Shown here: piece by piece, positions 26,747 to 36,211 of the stretch
Numbering within the stretch: the stretch's first letter is position 1
How the letters are laid out: every line of letters begins with the position of its first letter
From: Phoronis australis
Taxonomy: Eukaryota > Animalia > Phoronida
Assembly (NCBI GenBank): GCA_002633005.1
Contig: NMRA01000085.1
Span: 351,464 to 415,463, forward strand
DNA length: 64,000 bases
Direction: 5' to 3'
Notes under the pieces: model-generated
What the model saw: the letters and a program-made list of their open reading frames with translations, nothing else
Database searches by the model: none
Told to the model about the DNA's origin: nothing
Made by a program: the position numbers and the translations under genes

Positions 26747-27826
26747 TTTAGAGGTGTATTTTATTAAGTCAAGTAAATTAGCTTATACTGTTTTTCATAT
26801 GCTATGTGTTACTGTTAGTCCGGCAGCCAAATGCTGTTTTTTTACTTAGCCTGGATTTGTCGGATAAAGTTTTTTATTTGCTGTTTCATGTAGCCTAGGC
26901 ATAGTTAATCATGATTTAGGGGGGTGACCGTTCGCAACCCTTGATTATTTTTTAAATATGCAAAATAAGGTCGCCATTATGCAAAATTCTATTTTTGCTT
27001 ATAATTTCCTTACCAAGCACTGAAGCCAGATAATTTTGACGTTTTTAACCATGTTTTCAGGGTCAAAGGAAACGGAGTCGCAGTGCGCAGCGCCACTGCC
27101 GGTCGCCTGGGATATCGCGGGAGAGCCTACTGCTAAGGCTTAGCCATAGTTCCGTTACGAATGCGCCGTGTTCCGAATTTGACACTTGAAATTGGATCTG
27201 CCCCCNGGGGGGGGGCGGGCCGCCTTCATGGGTATAGTCCAATACAATTTTGAAGTCAATAAAGCTGGTGATAATGCGATCCTTGCTGCATACACACATT
27301 AAGCTACTGTTTATATGAACTCTTATCTCTTAAAAACTTAGTCCTACACAAAGTGCCGAGTATAGTATAACCGACGCAATTGAATCAGACACTAACGGAA
27401 CCGTTTTAGCGTGCAGCGCCCACTCGTGAACTGCTCGTTCAACTACAGGTTGTTCATAACACCTTGAAAGTAGAGACAATAATATTTTCAATCTACTGCT
27501 GTCATATTCAATATATGACACCCACAGATTGAAAATATCATTTGTAGTCCTTGCATATAACGTGTGAACCACGTGTACTGAACGAGGAGCTCACACCTGT
27601 GCGTTGCACCCTGCATATTCCCGTTTGTCCTGTCATTTATTTCTGTCTGAAACTGAGACATGACCGGTCTCGAAATATAGCCGTCATTTTATATATTGTT
27701 ATTATGTCTCTTGAGGATCTGCTGCATACTGGCTGTTCTCTGGAGGATCAAAAACGTGCCAAGAAAACGTATGCATAGAAGCTCGCTAACTGACAACACC
27801 TGTGTTTTCAGTAAGTCCTGCCTCCA

Positions 27827-27964
27827 CATGGGCGGCGCACCGTAGGGGGTTGGGTATAGCCCCCACTTTTTTCAGTGCTACGCCGCACATGGTCTATAGG
27901 CGATGCACCAGAGGGGGCTGAGGGGGCTTTAGCCCCCACTTTTCTCAGCGCTGCGCCGCCCATG
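27827..27964. mobile_element. MITE family D copy (other at 42997-43077)
   Basis: TIRs CATGGGCGGCGCA ... TGCGCCGCCCATG with internal GGGGGCTWTAGCCCCC. Confidence 0.7.
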
Positions 27965-28828
27965 ATAGGCTGCCGCCAAACTATTCAATGAGTAGACCGT
28001 GCACATGTGAAAGATGTTAATGGCTTTAGTTGACCCATGACTTACGTAAACAGATTGTTAATACAAACGAATCTCCCTGTTTGTAACGTGGTTCGTGGCA
28101 CCATAGATATTAGTAAAGAGATTCGCGACTCCGTGAAGTCTCGCAGCCTAACGTAAAAGTACGTGAGCAGGATTCAAAACTTCCGGTCTCATGGCTAAGC
28201 ATAATAACGAAGTTGAACTTTGGATTTTATTTCGCGCACGTCAAGCAAATTTTTGAGTTTGAAATTAATTTGTTGTGTTTAATGCAAACTTAATCGCGTA
28301 TGCGAGCCATTCAAGTCGGATTATTGCTACGAAACGTGTCGGAATTAACTTGACAAGTTGTTGTTGATCGGTCCGCCTGCTGGCACAGTTCAACACACGA
28401 ATCGAGGAGTTTGGCCCAATGAAAAGGTTGAGCTAAATGGATAATTCTTTTCACTAGTTGAATTCTCAGTCGTTTACGATGAAATTTAGTTTGAATTTTG
28501 TGATTTTGTATGAATTTTGGCTCGACCTAAATGCAGTTTCTCATTCGTCACTACGTCTACAATACATAAGCCATAGTATATCAAGAGCGAAATTTTGCCA
28601 TTTTTCATGATTTTCAGTAGCTCATATATATTAGCATGAAAAGTGGTGGAAAATGAAAAGTATGCCATCGAAATATTAAAACTTTCTTCTTTATATTGAT
28701 ATCCGTTTCAACAAATGGGGGCATTCATGAATATTTTTAAAAATCGAAGTACTTCAGCACTTGACAAGGGGATAAATTTTCAGTTGCTAAATGGCCGTTC
28801 CTGAACGGATTTTAATGATATGTATATC

Positions 28829-28984
28829 CAGGGGCGGATCCAGGATTTTGTGTTAGGGAGACCAGAACAGAGTATTAGCCAGGATTTTGTCATTCAGACA
28901 TTGGCACTCCCGATCTGCCAATGGAATCGAGGGTAATTTTAGGGGGGGGGTGTAGCCCTCTTGCCCCCTTTAAATCCGCTATTG
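28829..28984. mobile_element. MITE family C copy
   Basis: CAGGGGCGGATCCAGG ... TAAATCCGCTATTG; similar to 24175-24336. Confidence 0.7.
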
Positions 28985-29606
28985 ATGTCAAACTGCTAAA
29001 AAATCTGCCTAAAGTGTACACTTTTATTTGTTTTTTTTTTGATAGAAGTATGGGAAAATGTAGTTTTTTAATTTAATGCCTTTTCAATTTCTAACCTGGA
29101 AAAATTCTGCAAGTGTACTCTCAACGTAACAATTACTATCGTGCCCTAATCCATTCCTCAACGATTTTTTTCACTTCATCTCACCATTTCCATTTAGCAA
29201 TACTTCCAAAAAAGGTAAATTCAGTCATTTTCAAGAACCATGAAGACCTTTCCAGGGTTAAAACTGAACTCAAATTTGATTGATCAAATGGATTAAACTT
29301 CCCTAAATTACATAAAGTGACCCAAATTGGTGAAATATTTTCATTTAAACAGTACAGAATATTTTTAAAATTCAATTTAACTTCAGTTTTGGGGACAGAT
29401 TCATTCTATTTTCTTCAAAAATAATTTTGATACACGTTTTCTACCTTATGATGGTGCTGTGATCAGTTTCATTTTTAAAAAAATATATTTTGCATTCAAG
29501 TAATTGTTTATTCAAGGCTGCAATGCATCAAAACCGTTTAGAATACGAGTATGCTCTTTTTGGATGGTCACTAACACAACGCCTCTCAATTCCTATATTA
29601 TTTGAC

Positions 29607-29873
29607 AGGCCAACCTCAGCGTCTATATATTTAACTTACGCACCATGTGATAAACATGATTAAACAAAATTAAATTGGACAATAAAATTTCAATGAAATT
29701 TAAATCAATCATTTTTATCACATGGTGGGTAACTTAAATATATAGACGCTGAGGTTGTCCAGTATAGAAATATATCAAATAAACACAGAAAAATCACGAA
29801 TCCCAACTGGTATTCGAACCACAGATCTCTAGATTGCGGGTCTAGTGCTCTCACCACTGAGCTACTGAGGACC
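29607..29873 (-). mobile_element. tRNA-derived SINE-like head followed by a ~55-bp inverted repeat
   Basis: Minus strand: TAGCTCAGTGGTGAGAGC (A box/D arm), CTAGA-CCCGCAA-TCTAG (anticodon-like arm), GGTTCGAAT (B box); acceptor and T stems degenerate. 29607-29662 is the inverted copy of 29707-29760. Confidence 0.6.
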
Positions 29874-31060
29874 CGATATTTGTTCAATTACTGTTTCCAG
29901 CCAACTGTTAAGTCATACATCCCATGAGCGGCGTTCCTGTGAATTAGATATTGAAATAGATAATAATCAGAATTGCAATTGGCCAATTCCGCATACGCTA
30001 CTGATCACCTTTTCTACAGATGCTACAACTCAGTTCTGAAGCAGAATAAATACCGTGATCCCCCTGCTAGTGCTTGTTGTGGACATAGGCAACTAACTCT
30101 TGCAACAACTACAGTAGCTGATAACGATGTCATTTATTCAGTTCAAAAAATTATTTATAAAGGCAACCTCAGAGTTCAATAAGGTAACATATCACAAATA
30201 CATTCTTATAATTCTAAACTACTGAGCATAGACGAAGGTGACAATACAGCATCATTTGATACATATATCCTGTGACTCGTCTGATGCTACTTAAAATCCA
30301 TTAACAGGCTACAACAAGAGTGAACAGTAAGTGATTAGGAAAATCTAGCTTTAAACTCACGAAGGCATACATGTACTTAAGGCTACATAGGCAAGTCGAA
30401 AGTGGCCGGCCTCAAAGTACAATAGCACAACACCAGTCCTACAACTAAACTACATATACCTTATTAACATACACCATGCAGACTTTTCTATAATGTTGTT
30501 TCAAAAACGTGCAAGTTTCATACTATTGGTGACTTTATTCAAACCGATTGCATTGGCCAATCATAGCTAGTTCAAACAAGTAATTTCAAGAAATCATTAA
30601 ATTTCTGAATGAAATGAGTTTTTCTCAAAAGGAACCAAACCAAACTATCTAAATTCTTTTTAAATTTATTTTCTGTCATACTGAAGGTTAATCGCACAAC
30701 ACAACACCAATCACATGATCATATATACCACGGGGCTCAATAGGCTGGATACTTACGAGTTCTCATGGCCTCCAATGGGGCCAACATTCACCATTTTGCG
30801 TACTTGAATTAATCACTATGTTGAAACTCTAAAACGAGGACCGGAAGCTGCCTTCGAGTCCGTTCATATTAACCGTAATGTAATGCGGAGATTCTTGATT
30901 AATGTTCAAAGCCGTTTTACATTTGCCTTCATTGAAGACGTCAAGGATTCTATAAATGCACTTACGCTTTTTCACTTCAGTTTTTCTGAATTCTCTGCGT
31001 CGATAAATTATGTTATTGCAACGGCTAAATGTTTTGATTACGTCATTACCAAGTTTGTCA

Positions 31061-32239
31061 CTACATGTGCCCTGTCGTCTGCTGCAACACTCCGTGGCCG
31101 TGTTGTACTACACCTGCGCCTTTAGCAGACTTATCCGGGACAACGTTTGTTGTCGACTTACGCAGACATGACAGGAATAATCCACAAAAGGTTTCTCGAA
31201 ACACCGAACTCATGGAGCAATAAAGGACAAAATTCAACGGATAGCTGAGGAGCAGCAGGACGTCGATTGCAATGACAAGTTTCGCAAATGAAACCGGGTC
31301 AAGTGTAGTGAATCCAAGTTGGCTCGAAAGAACAATCACGGAAAAACCGACCCCGCTAGGAATTTCTGCGCAAAGTGTAATGACACTGACAGCAACCAAC
31401 ATGATTGTTGTGCGGGTGTTGACGGAGTCTGCCGCTTGGTCTTTCGAGTTACTCTTCTGAACCGAATTTTTCAGTTTTGCGCGCCTCTTGTAGCTGATAT
31501 GTAGGTTAGAGATGAGAGCGGTGTTAAGAGCCAGCAGCAAAATGCTTGGAAAAAAGCTCTGAGATATAGCTCGAATAAGGAAACATATTGAAAAATAGCT
31601 CGTGAGATCAGTTATCCAAGGTTCGTACACTTCCACGCATCCTCTCACGAGAACAGAGTCATTTATTTTCGACGGAATTACGACAGGATCGAAATGCGAA
31701 TCCACAAATCGCATGAAGTTAACAGAGATTCCGAAGAAGCAGGTTAAACCTATCATGATACCAGTCTTCTTGTTTGTTACTTTGTAGCTCATGAAGGGTT
31801 TTCGCACAACGTAGAGACGCTGAGCAGCCATGACAACCGTTAGCCAAATAGAAATTGTATGCGCTGTGGCGGGAGCATGCATAAGCGTAAGCTTAAACGC
31901 TGTGCACCACTCGTAGGGAACCCAGTCGAAGTTGCTGAAGGTGAAGATGTACATCATAACTGGCAGGGTCGCCAAAGCTGTAATTAAGTCTGCCACTGAA
32001 ATGGCAGTGAGTAACATGTTGACCGGGTTTATCTTCTTCAACAACACCACGCAGACGGAAACATTAGTAAAGAGAGTAAGAGCGCCGACCGAAGGGAACA
32101 GGTAACCGTAGACGGGCTGTCGAATTTCCTGAAACTCTCCGAAGAAAAGAGCGTTCACGGTACCATTTGAAGTCGAGTTCTGCAGGGTGTCTTTATAGTT
32201 GTTACTCAGAGAATCGATTGTATCCTCTTGCTCCGACAT
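31061..32239 (-). CDS. Rhodopsin-family neuropeptide GPCR, sex peptide receptor / MIP receptor-like, ~392 aa (paralog 2)
   Basis: Intact ORF collinear with paralog 1 (MSEQEDTIDSLS vs MSDQKDTIDSLS; same AAQRL and SYPLNFVLYCSMS motifs). Start placed at ATG 32239; the ORF-track extension begins at TTG and spans a splice-acceptor-like TTCTTGCAGTTTCAG. Confidence 0.9.
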   Translation of the reverse strand: MSEQEDTIDSLSNNYKDTLQNSTSNGTVNALFFGEFQEIRQPVYGYLFPSVGALTLFTNVSVCVVLLKKINPVNMLLTAISVADLITALATLPVMMYIFTFSNFDWVPYEWCTAFKLTLMHAPATAHTISIWLTVVMAAQRLYVVRKPFMSYKVTNKKTGIMIGLTCFFGISVNFMRFVDSHFDPVVIPSKINDSVLVRGCVEVYEPWITDLTSYFSICFLIRAISQSFFPSILLLALNTALISNLHISYKRRAKLKNSVQKSNSKDQAADSVNTRTTIMLVAVSVITLCAEIPSGVGFSVIVLSSQLGFTTLDPVSFAKLVIAIDVLLLLSYPLNFVLYCSMSSVFRETFCGLFLSCLRKSTTNVVPDKSAKGAGVVQHGHGVLQQTTGHM

Positions 32240-32733
32240 TCTAAACTCTGAAACTGCAAGAATATACTTCGTGACATTAATGATTGACAATAAAACAAAT
32301 ATTGGACTTACTGGATTGAAATGACGTGGTGCCCATTGCTCATGGGCTTCAACAGGTTAACAAGGAGCTGGAAATGGACACGTCATGTGACTGGACATCA
32401 TTAGTCACGTGATTCTGGATAGGTGGCATTATGAACAGCAGGACTCCGTCTGTTCAGGTAATGTTTAAAGGCGAAGGCAACCTTTTTCCATGTCATTTTG
32501 AGCTAAAATAAGGTTGGTTGGTTATCCTAGACATATTTTCCACTTAATTACAGCTTTTCGTAATTTTATTAATTACTCGTCCGCTACACCGCAAGTGACG
32601 TTTTAGGAGGCAAGCATTTCGCGCCAATTTCTTTTCATACAGTCTGACTGAGAGAGCTGCCAAGTCAGTCATTGTTCTACCTCGGTTGTGTTAAGTTCCG
32701 TCGTCGTTTGCTTTCATTTACTAGTCAGTCAAA

Positions 32734-33741
32734 ATGCCACACTGTTGCTGCGTACCAGGATGTATTAATTATCGGCTCACGCGCGCTTTGGGAGTAACTT
32801 TGCATCGCTTTCCGATGAATGACACACTTCGCCGTACTTGGCTCGTTCGTGTGAAGAACGCAGCGTTACCCGTCCACGCAATGTACAAAGCAGTGGAGAA
32901 TTACCATGTGTGTGCCAAGCACTTTCTGCTGTCCGATTACGAAAGGTATTTATACGCTGAACTGATGAAGGTCCCTACGAAACAACGTCTGAAGAAGGAT
33001 GTCATTCCGTCTGTGTTGATTCCCGGCAGTGCCCCGTCGCCACCCCCGAGAAGTGCGTTTTTGAAGCGGGAAGCCTCGCCAGCTGTGGCCAGTACAGTGA
33101 CTGGAGCCAGTGGAGGCACTTCATCTACTGTCACCCGTGCCTCCGAACGTACCCCAGAGCGTGCAATTCCTGGAACCAGTAGTGATTCGCCCTGTGCTGT
33201 TTTCTCCAGCCCAGAGCCTCTAAGCAGCCCTGCAGCGATATTGAGTAGTGGGAGTGATTACAGGCTCAGTTCGACACCCAGTGAAGAGGACAGTTCGTCG
33301 TCCAGTGAACAGATCGGTGAGCCAAACTTTGATAAGTTTATTGTGGACTTGTCTAAAGTGTTGGAGCTATTTAGAAGGTGCCAGGTGTGTGGCGAGGGAG
33401 TCACACGACACGATGTAAGCAGTTTGGGTGCTCAGGTCACCATCCAGTGGGAGTGTGTCGCGGGACACTCTGGCAAGTGGGACAGTTGTTCCTCTGTCCG
33501 TGGTATGCCGGAGGTCCACTTAACCATGTCCAGTAGTGGCTTGGCCTCGTCGAACTCTGAACAGCACAAGCATTCCATTGAGGTAGGCATAACAACGCAC
33601 ACAGTGCATTTGCACCAAGATGTGTCACCACGTCTGTCCTCAGTAGCCGCCTCGTTTCTCTCAACAGCTGCCTGTGCCTGTGCGTACTCTGCCTCGTTAT
33701 ACTCGGGCTCAAACATGTACCCACCCACTGAATGTCCGTGA
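32734..33741 (+). CDS. THAP-domain truncated Kolobok transposase, 335 aa (C-terminal ~73 aa read from antisense KolX)
   Basis: THAP motif CCVPGC..HRFP..W..VCAKHF..LKKDVIPS; Ser-rich linker; KFIV..LxELFxxCxxC..G..VTIxWECxxGHxGKWDS motif of Kolobok transposases. Homology ends at MPEVHL (~33523). Confidence 0.75.
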   Translation: MPHCCCVPGCINYRLTRALGVTLHRFPMNDTLRRTWLVRVKNAALPVHAMYKAVENYHVCAKHFLLSDYERYLYAELMKVPTKQRLKKDVIPSVLIPGSAPSPPPRSAFLKREASPAVASTVTGASGGTSSTVTRASERTPERAIPGTSSDSPCAVFSSPEPLSSPAAILSSGSDYRLSSTPSEEDSSSSSEQIGEPNFDKFIVDLSKVLELFRRCQVCGEGVTRHDVSSLGAQVTIQWECVAGHSGKWDSCSSVRGMPEVHLTMSSSGLASSNSEQHKHSIEVGITTHTVHLHQDVSPRLSSVAASFLSTAACACAYSASLYSGSNMYPPTECP

Positions 33742-33827
33742 AAAAATTCCTCGTCACCACTGCTGTGAACAAGGTCTCCGTCACTCACACTACTGTCACT
33801 GTGATACGGGTCACCGACTCCAGCCAT
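33432..33827 (-). CDS. KolX / P2X7-C-terminal-like cysteine-rich protein, truncated
   Basis: ATG in AAAATGGC context; acidic N-terminus, GYMFEPEY, WCKCTVCVVMPTSMECLCCSE (WCxCxxCxxMxTxxExxCCxE motif). After LLDMVK it reads antisense into the transposase ORF. Confidence 0.75.
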   Translation of the reverse strand: MAGVGDPYHSDSSVSDGDLVHSSGDEEFFHGHSVGGYMFEPEYNEAEYAQAQAAVERNEAATEDRRGDTSWCKCTVCVVMPTSMECLCCSEFDEAKPLLDMVKWTSGIPRTEEQLSHLPECPATHSHWMVT

Positions 33828-35055
33828 TTTCAGCTTACAACACACTAAACAATCCCTAAATCCAACGTAGTTGAGTTCTCTACTAACCTATCTTGCCGCA
33901 GAATACTCGCCGATAGAAAGTGGTGGCGACAATTGTTGAAAAACAGGACAAAACAGAAGTAGAATAGAACAGATTCGCACGGTAAAGTCAACACAAAACC
34001 AAGTGGCGGGAAACACTTGCCTCCTAAAACGTCACTTCCCGAGTAGCGGACGAGTAACTTATAAAATTACGAAAAGCTGTAATTAAGTGGAAAATATGTC
34101 TAGGATAACCAACCAATCTTATTTTAGCTCAAAATGACATGGAAAAAGGTTGCCTTCGCCTTTAAATCACAACAGTGCTTCAATTACTTCCTCTTTCACA
34201 CCTGTCTTTGAACCAGATTTCCTCTAATTGTCGAGGATTTTGACATCATCAAGCTTTGTATCAATTTCAGTGGACTGCATTTGCAAAAAAAAACAACAAG
34301 AAACGCAGAACCAATACTGTTCCCATGACTGGGTCGTAGATGTTGACTGAAGCGACATCTAGTTTTTCCGACAAAGGTATCCTTGCAGTCTTGGTTACTG
34401 CACTGGTCCATCGGCACATGAACTGTTTCTTCTTGGAGAGCTTGTCTTTGGTACGTACTACTAAGATGACTGCGTAGGGTGTTGGTGGGCTTGAGAACGA
34501 GGGGCATGCCAAAATGACTGTGATGATACACGGACACCAATCTAACTGTCATCACCGCTCATTATGTCAAGGGCTAATGTCGAATCGCCTGAATAAAGTA
34601 GTCAGTCAGTTTGACATGTCCCTCTTTTTCAGGATCATCAACACTCGACGCATGCAGTCATCTGGTCGTGCCACAGACTGGCGAGCCCCAAGAATAAATA
34701 GTCCCATCATCCCATGTGACTTACGGCATTCAATCCAATAACCAAGACTGCAAGGACACCTACATTGGAGAAACTAGCAGTCGCTACTCGCTTCATTCAA
34801 CATAGTTATGGGGACAGTGTTGATTCTGCGCGTTTTTCGTACATACAGTCCACTGCACATGGTGCAGATCTCGATGATGTCAAAATACTCGATAACGAGG
34901 AAACCTGGCTCAAGTTTAGGCAACTCTTGCACTAACACTACACTATTTGCACGCGTTTCTCTCCACAGGCTCCAGCGAAGTTCTCGGCACATCAAAGGCT
35001 TGATGGTGCCGTCACAGATTAAGTGAGCTAGTCGCTATTCATGGGTTTGGCTAGA

Positions 35056-35401
35056 CAGAGACCACCGTCTCTAGCTGGCCCCAGTTGCGCGCTCCTATTT
35101 TAACCGTTTCCGCCAGGAGCGTGTTCAGTGTTTAAAATAGCTAGTTGCCAATCTGAGCAACTAAACGAAGGTCGACTGCTCAAAGAAAAAGTTTAATTAC
35201 GGGAGTATTCGTTCGAGATGGAAAGAAGTACTGAAGACATCGGCAGCCTCCTAAGTTGTTAGGGCCTACTATACGCACAAAAGGTACTTATAACAGTGGG
35301 ACTTTGAGGTTTTAATCAGAGTGAGGCATAATTCACCGAAAAGTTTCCGGAATATGAAGCTCACCGTCTGTACTGGGGCCAGGTAGAGGCGGTGGTCACT
35401 G
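35056..35401. mobile_element. MITE with ~27-bp TIRs (partial end also at ~14425)
   Basis: CAGAGACCACCGTCTCTAGCTGGCCCCAG ... CTGGGGCCAGGTAGAGGCGGTGGTCACTG. Confidence 0.7.
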
Positions 35402-36053
35402 TATAGGGCTTGGCCGAATGTGTATTGTACGAGATAACTACATTTGAAGCAACGCTCCTGTTAAGCCTACGAAGTTCCAAGTCAACGAACAATAAGTAAG
35501 GCAAGTGACTAACATGACTGCATTTAAAATAGGAAAAGAAATATTAGTCGTCTTCGAATTTTTTAGAATCGATGCATTAAAGAAATTTGCGAATAGATTT
35601 TCCTCAGCAGCACAGGTGTGTCGATGCTGTTCCCTTGCGCATGCGCATGTGCATTTGACTCCTTTAGTTGACATCCTAGTTCATAAACGTCGATTTGAAT
35701 CACTCCCTGAAAAGCCCGACTTTACTCAACAACACGGTTACATACAGCCGATTATTATAGGCTGAGTCACACATTAATTAAATTTTATGAAAAAATGCGT
35801 CAATTACAAAACTTGTCTAGATTCGAGAAAAACACTCATTAATCCATGACAGTATTTTCCTCAACCCGTCACACCACTATCCCAGACATTTATTTCGCCA
35901 AGTAACTAGCCAAAACGCCTGCAGTTTTCGGGTTAGTCACACTCCCAGCAAAACGCCAGCAAAACGTGACCCTTGCAACCGTTCACATTATTGTCGTTTT
36001 TCTACTAGCGAAAGTGCTAGCGAAAACGCTTGCGTTTTTGCCAGCCTGTAAAC

Positions 36054-36211
36054 CGGGCGTGCGTGCAGTAGACGCTAGGACCTACGCTAGGAGCTAGCTA
36101 AAATCTAGTCAACACCACATGTTCTTATTTAAAATACACGGTAATATCTCTTGTAATCTCGCGAAGTCTTGCTTTATAGCGAGGTCCTAGCGTTACTGAA
36201 CGGGAGGCGGG
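36054..36211. mobile_element. MITE family A copy
   Basis: Similar to 2882-3026. Confidence 0.75.

Larger units (their letters stand above)
32469..34161. mobile_element. Kolobok-type DNA transposon, internally deleted (THAP-transposase N-terminus plus KolX), 1693 bp
   Basis: Perfect TTAA TSD (32465-32468 / 34162-34165) and AG...CT termini. ~158-bp TIRs (AGGCGAAGGCAACCTTTTTCCATGTC...) with one mismatch in the first ~100 bp. Two convergent ORFs as in Kolobok; no DDE catalytic region. Confidence 0.88.
32310..35030 (-). mobile_element. Degenerate Penelope-like retroelement (RT remnants plus GIY-YIG endonuclease) interrupted by the Kolobok element
   Basis: Minus-strand peptides NSVVLVQELPKLEPGFLVIEYFDI (RT start), KPTNTLRSHL, RTKDKLSKKKQ, CSNQDCKDTFVGKT, RFSQHLRP..SA, DDVKILDN, WFK, GVKE..FK|HYLNR. 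The last motif reads across the TTAA once the Kolobok is removed. Confidence 0.7.

Noticed and set aside
29800-29873. Functional tRNA gene (anticodon CGC)
   Set aside because: Acceptor and T stems pair poorly and the anticodon loop lacks U33; better explained as a SINE head. The same applies to 22804-22880.
32240-32290. 17-aa N-terminal extension of GPCR-2 in the ORF track
   Set aside because: Starts at TTG, has no counterpart in paralog 1, and looks like an intron 3' end (pyrimidine tract plus CAG).
32734-33741. Domesticated host THAP transcription factor or autonomous transposase
   Set aside because: Enclosed by near-perfect TIRs and a TTAA TSD, and lacks the DDE domain; the C-terminus is antisense-derived.
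33432-33845. Host P2X7 purinoceptor gene
   Set aside because: Only the Cys-rich C-terminal-like module is present, with no transmembrane or ectodomain, and it lies within TIRs/TSD; it is the transposon KolX gene.
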